64,000 bases of DNA from a virus. Shown here piece after piece: positions 55,177 through 64,000 of the stretch (position 1 is the first letter of the stretch; each line of letters begins with the position of its first letter). The stretch lies in IMG/VR virus record IMGVR_UViG_2917159879_000004; one strand, written 5' to 3'. Below the pieces are notes generated by a model, which was given only the letters and a program-made list of their open reading frames with translations, was not told the origin of the DNA and searched no databases. Both the position numbers and the translations under genes were made by a program.

Positions 55177-55368
55177 ATGTCGCAAGCCAATCCGTTCATC
55201 CGTCCTGACAAGGACTACGGTGCAGTGAGTACTGATGATCGCCTGCGCGCTCTGGACAGCTTCAATCTAGAGCAATGCCGTGCTGCGCTCTCGGTACCCG
55301 GTCTGCAGAAGACCGTCGAGAAGAAGCTGCACAGCCGCATTCGACAGCTCAACAAGGAGGCCAGGTGA
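55177..55368 (+). CDS. Small hypothetical protein
   Basis: 63 aa; fills the gap; TGATG-coupled to the next gene. Confidence 0.65.
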   Translation: MSQANPFIRPDKDYGAVSTDDRLRALDSFNLEQCRAALSVPGLQKTVEKKLHSRIRQLNKEAR

Positions 55369-55835
55369 TGGAGCGCTACCACTCAACGGCCGGCGATCCA
55401 CCTCGGCGTGATGCTGACGTAAAGCGGCAGGAGGCCCAGGAGCTGGACGAACTGGTTCAGCAGTTTCTGGCCGGCGGCGGGCAGATCGAGAAAGTCGGGT
55501 ACAAGATGCGCGAGCTGCCGGACACTTTCGTCATCAATCCCATGAAGACGCCGGTATACAACGGAGCCCTGGCCGAGAATTCGTCGCTCAAAGCGAAGCC
55601 TGCCGCGCCACGTACGCAATCCAAGACCGAGCCCCAACGCTCACCAGCGCCCGTGCCGGCTTTGCAGCCGGCTCCTGGCGTAAACCCGAAGGTCTGGTTG
55701 AGCCGGATGATCGCCGCCCAGGCGCTGCTGGCCGCGCAGACGGCCAGGCTCGCTCGCGAACTGGGCGTCAGCGATGCTGAGCTGCGCCGGCTGGGTCGTC
55801 GGCATGGCATGGAGGTGTTCCATGGCACTCGCTAG
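55368..55835 (+). CDS. Hypothetical protein with SutA-like FLAGGGQI motif
   Basis: AAGGAGG RBS; LVQQFLAGGGQIEKV. Confidence 0.65.
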   Translation: MERYHSTAGDPPRRDADVKRQEAQELDELVQQFLAGGGQIEKVGYKMRELPDTFVINPMKTPVYNGALAENSSLKAKPAAPRTQSKTEPQRSPAPVPALQPAPGVNPKVWLSRMIAAQALLAAQTARLARELGVSDAELRRLGRRHGMEVFHGTR

Positions 55836-56385
55836 GGGGCTGCTCAGCAAGATCCACGTCGCTCGTCAGCAGCTCGGCCTGCAGGACGATGTCTATCGGC
55901 AGAAGCTGCAGGTGATGTTCGGCAAGGGGTCGGCGCGGGATCTGAACCTGCGCCAGGCCGAGCAGTTGCTGACGGAGTTCAAGCGCCTGGGCTGGCAACC
56001 ACAGCCCAGCAAGCGAGCAGCCGGCAAGCCGCATAACTTCAGCCAGCTACCCGCCGAGGTCCAGGTCATTGAGGCGCAGTTGGCTGAGATGAGGCTGCCC
56101 TGGAGCTACGCCGACAAGATCGCCAAGCAGATGTTCGGCGTGGCCAAGGTCGCCTGGCTGAAGAAGCCAGATCAGCTCACGGCAATCCTGGCAGCGCTGC
56201 ACGTCGAGCAGGAGAAGCGGTACCTACTCGCTGAAGTGGATCGGCTCTGCCAGGGCCTGGGCATTGAGCATCCAGAACAGGCGGCCGGCCTGGAACAGCT
56301 GCCGAAAGGGTGGCGGCGGCAGCGTCCAATCCTCAAGGCCCTGGTGGAAACGCTCCAGGCGGCCGCAGATAGCAAGCGGAGGTAA
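55822..56385 (+). CDS. gemA: GemA/gp16-family protein
   Basis: KIHVARQQLGLQDDVYR...GKGSARDL...LGW motif. Confidence 0.85.
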   Translation: MALARGLLSKIHVARQQLGLQDDVYRQKLQVMFGKGSARDLNLRQAEQLLTEFKRLGWQPQPSKRAAGKPHNFSQLPAEVQVIEAQLAEMRLPWSYADKIAKQMFGVAKVAWLKKPDQLTAILAALHVEQEKRYLLAEVDRLCQGLGIEHPEQAAGLEQLPKGWRRQRPILKALVETLQAAADSKRR

Positions 56386-56387
56386 TA

Positions 56388-56747
56388 ATGAAGGAGATCC
56401 GTTCGCAGCAGATCCGCCGCCGGAACAACATGCTCAGCGAGCTGGCCGAACTGATCGTCGAAGCGTTCGTGCGCAACGGGATTCCTCGGGAGAAGGCGGT
56501 GCCCGAGTCGGAGGAGGTGGCGTTCCAGCTGCATCGGCGCTGGGCCGGTTTGACATTTGTTTTTCCGGTCAAGGATGACCTGGCCCGCAAGCGTCTGGAG
56601 TTGCACATCCTGCAGCGCTACGATGGATCGAACGCCGACAAGCTGGTCCAGGAGTTCGGAATTTCAGAAGGGCTGATCTACGAAATCGTCAGGAAACACC
56701 GCAGGCAGCGAAAGGATCAGATGACGCTTTTTGACCCGGCCGAATGA
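56388..56747 (+). CDS. mor: Mor-family transcription activator
   Basis: WAGLTFVFP...YDGSNADKLVQEFGISEGLIYEIVR; last gene before the prophage end. Confidence 0.85.
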   Translation: MKEIRSQQIRRRNNMLSELAELIVEAFVRNGIPREKAVPESEEVAFQLHRRWAGLTFVFPVKDDLARKRLELHILQRYDGSNADKLVQEFGISEGLIYEIVRKHRRQRKDQMTLFDPAE

Positions 56748-56763
56748 GCCGGGTCTTCGTTTC
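56733..56763 (+). terminator. Probable weak intrinsic terminator overlapping the mor stop codon
   Basis: GACCCGGC-CGAATGA-GCCGGGTC followed by TTCGTTT. Confidence 0.5.
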
Positions 56764-56792
56764 ACCCCTGGCAACACCTTTTCATTTGCTCG

Positions 56793-56870
56793 TCTCGATA
56801 TTCCCCATCCCCTCCCGCTATATCTCGATTTTTCACGCTCCTTCCCCTAGGTATTTCTCACCCTCTCTCA
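56793..56870. repeat. Prophage terminus (early side) with repeated candidate binding sites
   Basis: TCTCGATATTCCCC (56793) and TCTCGATTTTTCAC (56823), 30 bp apart; partial third copy TATTTCTCAC; terminal CA. Confidence 0.65.
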
Positions 56871-56876
56871 GCCTGG
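56871..56876. repeat. Target-site duplication, right copy (GCCTGG)
   Basis: Identical to 17039-17044. Confidence 0.92.
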
Positions 56877-58414
56877 ACCAGTTGCAAACCGATTTCAGGA
56901 ACGCCGAGCAGAAGCTCCAGGCGCAGCAGCGCGCCGGCCTGCTGAGCTATGCGGACTATGTCGCGCAACGCGGCGAACTGATCAGCCAGAACAAGGACCA
57001 GGTCACCGCAGCCTATGAGGGGGAAATCCAGGCGCTGGAGGCGCTGCGCGACAAAAGTACCACCACGGCGGCCCAGCGCATCAGCCTGGACCAGAAGATC
57101 GCCGAGGCCAGGAACAACATGGTCAAGGCGCAGAAGAAGGCCGACGCCGACCTGGAAGTCCTCCAGCTCAACGAACAGGGGCGCCTGAAGAAACAGGCCC
57201 AGGCAGTCAAGGCCTACAGCGATGCGCTCCAGCAACAACAGGATGCGCTGGCCCTCCAGGGCCAACGTGCCGCCGCTGCCGTGGGCATGGGTGCGCAACA
57301 GCGCCGCCTGTTCGATCAGCGTGGCAGCCTTGACGACCGATTCGCACAGCAGCGCCTGGACCTGGCGAGCCAGTACGGTGACGGCTCGCGAGGCATGAGC
57401 CTCGACGAGTACAACGACAAGCTCAAGGCGCTGGAAGCTAACCATGCCGCGATGACCCAGCAGCTGCAACGCAACTACGCCGACCTCCAGGCCGCCCAGG
57501 GTAACTGGGTCAACGGGGCGACGTCGGCGTTCGCTGATTACATCGACTCCGCCAGGGACGTCGCGGGTCAGACCTACGAACTGTTTAGTAACGCCTTCTC
57601 CGGTCTGGAGGATGCCGTCGTTACCTTTGTGACGACTGGCAAGGCCTCGCTGGATGATTTCGTCCGCACCATGATTGGCGACCTGGCCAGGATGGCGACC
57701 CGCCAGCTGGGGGCGTCTCTGCTTTCCGGGCTTGGCCTGGGCGGTGGCACCGATGGCGGCGCCCAGGGGCTGACGGTCGGCGCCTCGGCTGTATCCGCTT
57801 CGGCCGGCGCCCTGGCGACTGCTGGCGGCACGCTCCTGAGCGGCGCCGCCGCTATCCAGGCCGCTGCCGCCTCGCTGGCCGCCGCCAATGGTGTCAGTGG
57901 TGTGAGCGGCGCTGCGGGAGCTGCTGGGGCCGCTGGAGTGGCTGGTGGCGGGAGTGGCTGGTTGTCTTCGATCACCAGCATTTTCGGCTTCGCGGGTGGC
58001 GGCCAGGTCCAGGGACCAGGCACACCCACCAGCGACAGCATACCGGCCTGGCTATCTAACAATGAGGTCGTAATCCGGTCGGCATCCGCCATGCAGCCAG
58101 GGCTTACTCCGCTGCTGCTGGACATCAACCAACGCGGATGGGCGGCGCTACATGACTGGGCGGGGGCCGTCCGCCACGCCACCGGGGGCGTCGCCGGCAT
58201 TCCCGCGCCATCCCTGCCACGCCCAAGCATGGGCGCCGCTCAAATACAGGAGCCGTCCAAGAATTTCAGCACCGCAGTGAACAACGCGGTCCACCTCCAT
58301 GCCGTTCAAGACCCCGACCAGATGGCGGCCGAAATGTGGGCCGGCAAGGGCGGCGACCATTACATCGTCTGGCTGAACAAGAACCGCCAGCTCGTCAAGC
58401 AGATTATCGGATAG
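56876..58414 (+). pseudogene. Tape measure protein, C-terminal 512 codons
   Basis: DQLQTDFRNAEQ... aligns with the intact TMP right after ...TEAKN(Q/R)L; rejoining at the TSD restores a ~1187-aa frame. Confidence 0.92.
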
Positions 58415-58421
58415 GAGTCCC

Positions 58422-59378
58422 ATGGCCACCGAATTCGGCACCGCCACGAATCACCAGAACCTGGTCGAGCGCCTCGTCCAGTTCCTCACTGCCAGCCCCG
58501 ACCTGGTCGCTGCTGGACAGGCTTACGAGAAGGTCTTCGACAACAGCATCCCCGCGTCCGGCACTGCGATAGCCGTGCGCCAGGTGACCCTGCGCGCCCC
58601 TGGGCTGGGCGGCACCGATAGCATCTACATGGGGATTCAAAGCTACGGCGATACGGCACTGGACTACTACAACCTGCGCCTGATGGGCGGCACAGCGTTC
58701 AATGCTGGGGCAATCCCGCCCGGTGGCGACTACTGGACCGCGTTTGCCAACTACAGCCCGCGGGTGCAGTTGCTCGCGTGGAACCAGCCCATGCCGTACT
58801 GGTTCTTCGCCAACGGCCGCAGGTTCTGGATCGTCGTGAAAGTCTCGACGATCTACGAGTCGGCCGGCGCTGGCTTCATCCTACCGCCGTGCCCGCCGTC
58901 GCAGTTCCCGTATCCGCTGGCTGTCGTGGGGTCGTATCGCGGGGACGTCGCTGTGCGCTGGTCCGACGTCACCGACCGGCACAGGGGCATCAGCAGCCCC
59001 TATGAGCGTAGCTGCTATCTCCGCGATCCCGCCGGGCGCTGGCTCGGTTTCACTGTAGACGGAGGGGCTGCCAACGAGTCCGACTACAACAATCGGACGC
59101 TCCTCCCGCTGGGCTGCGGCCGTTATGCGGGCAGCAGTGACACCGTGGTCAAACAACTGCGGGATTCGTTCGGGAAGTTCCCGCTCAAGGCGCTGTCGTT
59201 CGTCACCCGCGAAACCGAGGGTCGCCGAAACCTGGGCGACTTCGACGGCGCTTTCTACGTGCCAACGCTCAACTCGGGCGCCGAGGACGTGATTGTCGAG
59301 GACGGAGTGGACCACGTTGTTTTCCAAACCGCCTGGCGCTCGGGCAACCCCTGGCTCTACGCAATCAGGAAGGACTGA
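58422..59378 (+). CDS. Virion structural protein
   Basis: Near-identical to 24970..25926. Confidence 0.75.
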   Translation: MATEFGTATNHQNLVERLVQFLTASPDLVAAGQAYEKVFDNSIPASGTAIAVRQVTLRAPGLGGTDSIYMGIQSYGDTALDYYNLRLMGGTAFNAGAIPPGGDYWTAFANYSPRVQLLAWNQPMPYWFFANGRRFWIVVKVSTIYESAGAGFILPPCPPSQFPYPLAVVGSYRGDVAVRWSDVTDRHRGISSPYERSCYLRDPAGRWLGFTVDGGAANESDYNNRTLLPLGCGRYAGSSDTVVKQLRDSFGKFPLKALSFVTRETEGRRNLGDFDGAFYVPTLNSGAEDVIVEDGVDHVVFQTAWRSGNPWLYAIRKD

Positions 59379-59379
59379 C

Positions 59380-60303
59380 ATGGCCTATTTCACAGGAGCA
59401 GCGAACAGCCCGGCCGACCTGCTCGCCAAGGTGCGCGTCCACGCCGAGTCGCTCGGCTGGGTCACCGACCGCGCGTCGGCATCGGAATGGCTCTGTCACA
59501 ACGCTGATGGGTACTGGTCATTCAATGCCGGAGCCAATCAGTTTCAGATCGCGGGCAATACGGGGTTCGACAACGGGCTGGCGTGGAACGCGCAGCCCGG
59601 TAACTCGGTGCAGAACAACCCTTATTCGTCGAAGGGGCCGACCGTCGCACAGCTGAGCGGTGGGCCGTTCACGCGCTACCACCTGTTTGCCACGGCGGCC
59701 TATCTGCACCTGCACGTCGAGATCGCGGCAGGTCAGTTCCGGCCGGTGATGATTGGCTCTCTCAACAAGCGCGGGGTCGAATACAGCGGCGGCCAGTACG
59801 TATGCGGCTCCGTAATCTATCAGGCAGGCCAGATGCTGACATCGAACTGGTCCTGTCATCCGTTCGACGGCTATCACGTTCGCTATAGCGACGGTGGTTG
59901 CGTATTGCGCCTGGATGGCCTGGATGGCGGCCCCTCGCCCGACTGGCTGCCGTTCGACTACACGACGAACATCCCCCGGCGGGTCATCGGGCCAGGCCGT
60001 GGAAACTACAGAAATCAGTACCATCCTGACGTCGGACTGATCGACGCCAGCGCAAACGAGCTGAACAGCTCGACCACCACTGTGCCGTGCGCCATCTATG
60101 CGTTCGGCGCTCAGCAGCGCTCGCGCTACGTGGGCGAAGTGCCGGACTTTGGCATATGCAACATGGCCTTCCTCGCGCCTGGTGATCCGCTTGTCGTCGG
60201 TAGCGACACTTGGCGTGTCTATCCGTTGCTCCAACGCGGAACCGCTACTGACTTCGACAGCACCAGCGCCTGGGTCGGCTATTGCTTCCGGGTGGTCGAG
60301 TGA
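59380..60303 (+). CDS. Virion structural protein
   Basis: Near-identical to 24045..24968. Confidence 0.75.
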   Translation: MAYFTGAANSPADLLAKVRVHAESLGWVTDRASASEWLCHNADGYWSFNAGANQFQIAGNTGFDNGLAWNAQPGNSVQNNPYSSKGPTVAQLSGGPFTRYHLFATAAYLHLHVEIAAGQFRPVMIGSLNKRGVEYSGGQYVCGSVIYQAGQMLTSNWSCHPFDGYHVRYSDGGCVLRLDGLDGGPSPDWLPFDYTTNIPRRVIGPGRGNYRNQYHPDVGLIDASANELNSSTTTVPCAIYAFGAQQRSRYVGEVPDFGICNMAFLAPGDPLVVGSDTWRVYPLLQRGTATDFDSTSAWVGYCFRVVE

Positions 60304-62006
60304 TGGCGACGTTTCCGGGGTTCCAGGTGCCGAAGCCTGTGGAGGGGATCGTTGCTGGCATCACGCCGAATATCGACGCCCTGGAGCTGAACCAGGACAT
60401 CAGCCTTGCAGCGGTCGCGGCCTCGACCTGGGCCGGCGCCTATGGGGCGCATCAGCCGGTAGAGGTGATCCATTCGACCTACCAGGCTGTCCACCAAAGC
60501 GCTCTGGAAGAGAACTACTACAACCGCCTCTGGTTGATTCCGACCGCAATGGAACTGGGCAACGTCGTCAGCACCCAGATACGACCGGCATCAGTCTGGA
60601 ACGCATATTTCAGTCCGCGCACGCTGACCGCAATCGACCGCGAAGCCGCAGACGGCATCACGCTGTCTGGCCAGGCGTCGCCGCCGCTGGGTTTCGCCGC
60701 CCTGGAGGAACGCACCTGGACCGTCAGCATTGGCACGGACGGCCCGCCCGTCGTCAATGCGCGGATCGTCTGGAGACTCCAGGGCGAGCCGGACCTGGTC
60801 CTGGTCATCACTGGCAATCGCATCATCGCCTGGACGTTCGCACCGGACTGGGGCGACAGCATCGTCGAACGCCTGAGCGCATCGACAAATATCCTGCAAA
60901 GCGAATCGGCCGTGACCCAGCGCCGAGCCATGCGCCTGGCGCCGCGCCGAGAGTTCGAAGCGAACATGTACGCGGTGGACCGCGAGCGGCAGCTGCTGGA
61001 CATGACGCTGTTCGGCTGGGGCGCACGCATTTGGGCGCTGCCGATTTGGCCTGATATCCAACTGCTCCAGGAACCGCTGGCGGCCGGCTCGCTGAACATT
61101 CCGTGCGGCACGGCCGGCCTCGACTTCCGCGACGGCGGTCTGGCGATGCTGCGCGGCGAGGACGCTTTTACTTACGAGGTCGTCGAGGTCAAGACGGTGA
61201 CCGCCAGCGGCCTGGACCTGGTCCGGCCCGTCCAGGCCGCCTGGGGCACTGGCTCCCGGCTGTATCCGGTGCGCACCGCGCAGCTGACCGAACAGCCTAC
61301 GCTGACCCGGCTGACCGATACCGCGCAGTCTGCGCGGGTGTCGTTCCTAGTGATGGAGCCCAGCGCCTGGCCCGAGGTAATGCCGGCGACGACCTACCGG
61401 GATCGTCCAGTGCTGGAGCAGCGCCCGGACGAAAGCGAAGACCTCACCTCTAGCTATCAGCGCCTGCTGTCCACCCTGGACAACGGCAGCGCCATTCCCC
61501 GCGTGACCGACGTCGCCGGGATGGCGCTGCCGGTCTTGGGGCATCGCTGGATCGGCATGGGCCGAGCCGAACGGTCGGCGTTCCGCAGCCTGGTCTATGC
61601 GCTACGCGGCCAGCAGAAGCCGCTATGGGTGCCGACCCACGCCGATGACCTGACGCTGGTCGCCACCGTCTCGCAGCTGTCCACCGCCTTGGACGTGCGC
61701 AATATCGGCTATGCCCGTTTCGCCAACGGCCGGCCGGGCCGTCGCGATATCCGTATCGAGCTGTACGACGGCACGGTCTATCACCGCCGCATCCTCACCA
61801 GCACCGAGCTGGACGCCGACACCGAGCGCTTGGCCATCGACGCCGCCCTGGGCCGCCTGGTCGAGCCGACCGATGTAGCGCGCATCTGTTTCATGGCGCT
61901 CTGTAGCGCCGCCAGCGACGTGGTCGAGATTGAGCACGTCACCGATAGCGAGGGCGTCGCAACCGCCGCGCTGACATTCAAAGGGGTTCGTGACGATGAG
62001 TTTTAA
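60303..62006 (+). CDS. Tail structural (distal tail-like) protein
   Basis: Homologous to 22339..24045. Confidence 0.75.
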   Translation: MATFPGFQVPKPVEGIVAGITPNIDALELNQDISLAAVAASTWAGAYGAHQPVEVIHSTYQAVHQSALEENYYNRLWLIPTAMELGNVVSTQIRPASVWNAYFSPRTLTAIDREAADGITLSGQASPPLGFAALEERTWTVSIGTDGPPVVNARIVWRLQGEPDLVLVITGNRIIAWTFAPDWGDSIVERLSASTNILQSESAVTQRRAMRLAPRREFEANMYAVDRERQLLDMTLFGWGARIWALPIWPDIQLLQEPLAAGSLNIPCGTAGLDFRDGGLAMLRGEDAFTYEVVEVKTVTASGLDLVRPVQAAWGTGSRLYPVRTAQLTEQPTLTRLTDTAQSARVSFLVMEPSAWPEVMPATTYRDRPVLEQRPDESEDLTSSYQRLLSTLDNGSAIPRVTDVAGMALPVLGHRWIGMGRAERSAFRSLVYALRGQQKPLWVPTHADDLTLVATVSQLSTALDVRNIGYARFANGRPGRRDIRIELYDGTVYHRRILTSTELDADTERLAIDAALGRLVEPTDVARICFMALCSAASDVVEIEHVTDSEGVATAALTFKGVRDDEF

Positions 62007-62817
62007 CAGCCGCGAAAGCTCGCTCGCGGATGGGCAGCCGGTGCGACTGTACCAGTTCAGCCGTGGCGCGATCCGCTGGAGCTACAACAGCAGCGACCGG
62101 GACATCACCTACCAGAACCAGATTTTCCGCACCGTACCGGGCGGCATCACAGACAACGGGATCATCTGTTCCGGCGATCCGCAGTCCGACCAGTTCGTCA
62201 TCACCGCGCCGGCCGACCTCGATGTCGCGCTGCTGTACAAGGCTAAATCGCCGAGTGATGCCATCGACCTGGTCGTCTACGACATGCACTACGGCGACGC
62301 AGAGGCAGCGGTTTCATGGGTGGGGGAGATTGGCGACGTGGACTGGCCGACCGTGGACAGCAGTCGCATAACGTGCGTGTCCGAAGATGAGTTGATGGAT
62401 CAACCCGGCAAGATCGACACCTACTGCCGCACCTGCACGGCCATCGTTGGCGACCACCGTTGCAAGGTCAACCTCGTCCCGTATCGCGTGACGCTGACGC
62501 CGCAGAGCATCAGCGGCTGGGTGATCTCCAGCGGCGTGGTCGCCGGCTACGCCGATGGGTGGTTTACCGGGGGCTACGTCGAATGGCAGGTGGACGGCGA
62601 CAACTACGACCGCCGCTTCATCGAGCAGCACGCGGGGGCCGATCTGCACATCCTGGGGGGCACCGAGGGCATTCCGGCAGGTGGCCAACTGCGGGTTTAT
62701 CCAGGTTGCGACGGGCTCGCGCAGACCTGCGACGACAAATTCAGCAACCTCCCCAACTTCAGGGGGTTTAACGCGATGCAAGGCAAGTCGCCGTTCGACG
62801 GCGAGCAGGTCTGGTGA
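61996..62817 (+). CDS. BR0599-family tail protein
   Basis: CTAIVGDHRC...PGCD...CDDKFSN Cys motif. Confidence 0.8.
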   Translation: MSFNSRESSLADGQPVRLYQFSRGAIRWSYNSSDRDITYQNQIFRTVPGGITDNGIICSGDPQSDQFVITAPADLDVALLYKAKSPSDAIDLVVYDMHYGDAEAAVSWVGEIGDVDWPTVDSSRITCVSEDELMDQPGKIDTYCRTCTAIVGDHRCKVNLVPYRVTLTPQSISGWVISSGVVAGYADGWFTGGYVEWQVDGDNYDRRFIEQHAGADLHILGGTEGIPAGGQLRVYPGCDGLAQTCDDKFSNLPNFRGFNAMQGKSPFDGEQVW

Positions 62818-62824
62818 GATAGAT

Positions 62825-63055
62825 ATGTGGATCAACATTGCAATCCTGGTTGCGTCATACGTCCTGTCTAGTGCTCTGGCACCGAAGACGCAGAAGCCCA
62901 AGCCAACGGCCTTTGAAGACATCGATTTCCCGCGCTGCGACGAGGGCGACGAACAGGTCGCCGTCTTCGGTCAGTGCTGGTCGAAGAGCTGGATGGTGCT
63001 GACCGTGGGCAACTACAGAACGAAGGCGATCAAGACCAAAGGGAGCAAGAAATGA
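62825..63055 (+). CDS. Small tail assembly protein
   Basis: Homologous to 21294..21524. Confidence 0.7.
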   Translation: MWINIAILVASYVLSSALAPKTQKPKPTAFEDIDFPRCDEGDEQVAVFGQCWSKSWMVLTVGNYRTKAIKTKGSKK

Positions 63056-63270
63056 TCGTTACGGCTCAGCACCTGCATACCGTGCCGACCTGGACCACTC
63101 GGCAGGGCTACTGCCACCGGCTGGCGCGGGACTTCTTCAAGCGCCATGGCCTGGATTGGATGGCGTTCCTACGGGACGGCATCGAGGCCGACGTGCTGGT
63201 CGCGACCGGCGACGCGCTCGCGCTCAAGCTGGTTGAACATGCACGCCAGGAGATCGCGGATGGGCGCTAA
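63052..63270 (+). CDS. Small tail-region protein
   Basis: Homologous to 21067..21297. Confidence 0.7.
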   Translation: MIVTAQHLHTVPTWTTRQGYCHRLARDFFKRHGLDWMAFLRDGIEADVLVATGDALALKLVEHARQEIADGR

Positions 63271-64000
63271 ACCCAAGGCACAGACGGTCGGGTTCCGCTA
63301 CTACTTCGACATTCATTTCGCCCTGGGCAAGAAAGTCGATGAAGTCTGTGCAATCCGGGCGAGTGGCAAAACCGCATGGAAAGGGTCGATCACCAGCAAT
63401 GGTCAGGTCCGCATCAACGCCCCGAACCTGTTCGGCGGCGACAAGGGCGAAGGCGGCCTCGACGGAACGCTTGACGTGCTGTTTGGCGAAGAGGACCAGG
63501 GCGTCCTGCCGCGCCTGGCGGCGATGCTCGGCGGCCTGGTGCCGGCTTTCCGGGGCGTTACCACGTGCTTCTACTCCGGCCTGGTCACCGCCATGAACCC
63601 GTACCCGAAGACCTGGGAGATTCTGCGCCGAGGCGGGAACCGCCTGTGGGACGGCAACCCCTGGTATCCCGAAAAGCAATTTATCTGGCTCGCGGACGGT
63701 CAGATCAAGGCGATGAACCCGGCGCATATCCTCTATCTCGTCTACACCGGCCGGGACTTCCGGGGGCTGGCCCGCACGCGGATGGACGAGGCGAGCTGGC
63801 GGGCTGCTGCCGACACGTTGTATGCCGAAGGCTTCGGGCTGTGCTTCGAGTGGACCCGGTCGGACAGCTTCAAGAACTTCTGCGAAACGGTGAAATCGCA
63901 CATCGGGGCCGAGGTTTACCCGAACCGCCAGACCGGGCAAATCAGCATCCGCCTCCTGCGGGACGACTACAACGTCGCGGACTTGCCTTTGTTCGACGAG
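63260..64000 (+). CDS. Central tail tip/hub protein (3'-truncated by window edge)
   Basis: MGAKPKAQTVGFRY...LFGGDKGEGG...PAFRG...MNPAHIL. Confidence 0.8.
   Translation, partial: MGAKPKAQTVGFRYYFDIHFALGKKVDEVCAIRASGKTAWKGSITSNGQVRINAPNLFGGDKGEGGLDGTLDVLFGEEDQGVLPRLAAMLGGLVPAFRGVTTCFYSGLVTAMNPYPKTWEILRRGGNRLWDGNPWYPEKQFIWLADGQIKAMNPAHILYLVYTGRDFRGLARTRMDEASWRAAADTLYAEGFGLCFEWTRSDSFKNFCETVKSHIGAEVYPNRQTGQISIRLLRDDYNVADLPLFDE

Larger units (their letters stand above)
17045..56870 (-). mobile_element. Complete B3-like transposable prophage, 39,826 bp
   Basis: TG...CA termini; 6-bp TSD; DDE transposase and ATPase in an early operon divergent from the late genes; internal repressor; full set of head, tail and lysis genes. 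Confidence 0.92.
56871..64000 (+). mobile_element. D3112-like prophage, right portion (continues beyond window)
   Basis: Resumes the interrupted TMP; distal tail genes follow. Confidence 0.9.

Noticed and set aside
1..64000. tRNA, rRNA or host chromosomal genes
   Set aside because: None recognisable; the window is continuously phage-coding.

Overview
The whole window is prophage DNA, most likely in Pseudomonas aeruginosa, and contains two nested Mu-like transposable prophages. (1) A D3112-like prophage on the + strand (1..17044 and 56871..64000; both of its ends lie outside the window) carries a Mor/C activator, lysis cassette, terminases, head genes, an anti-CRISPR locus (acrIF2-acrIE4-aca1 with its palindromic operator) and tail genes. 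(2) A complete B3-like prophage of 39,826 bp (17045..56870, TG...CA ends) is inserted in the tape-measure gene of the first phage and is flanked by a perfect 6-bp target duplication (GCCTGG). Its late genes are on the - strand and include an Acb2 anti-CBASS homologue. Its early genes (transposase, ATPase, GemA, Mor) are on the + strand. Candidate novel features are: a fully antiparallel ORF pair between terS and terL, lysogen-expressed accessory genes next to the B3-like repressor, an unannotated 32-aa ORF, an in-frame fusion created at the insertion junction, unrelated motifs at the two prophage ends, and ~230-bp perfect inverted identities between the two phages. Family assignments come from my recognition of sequence, motifs and gene order; no database search was run.
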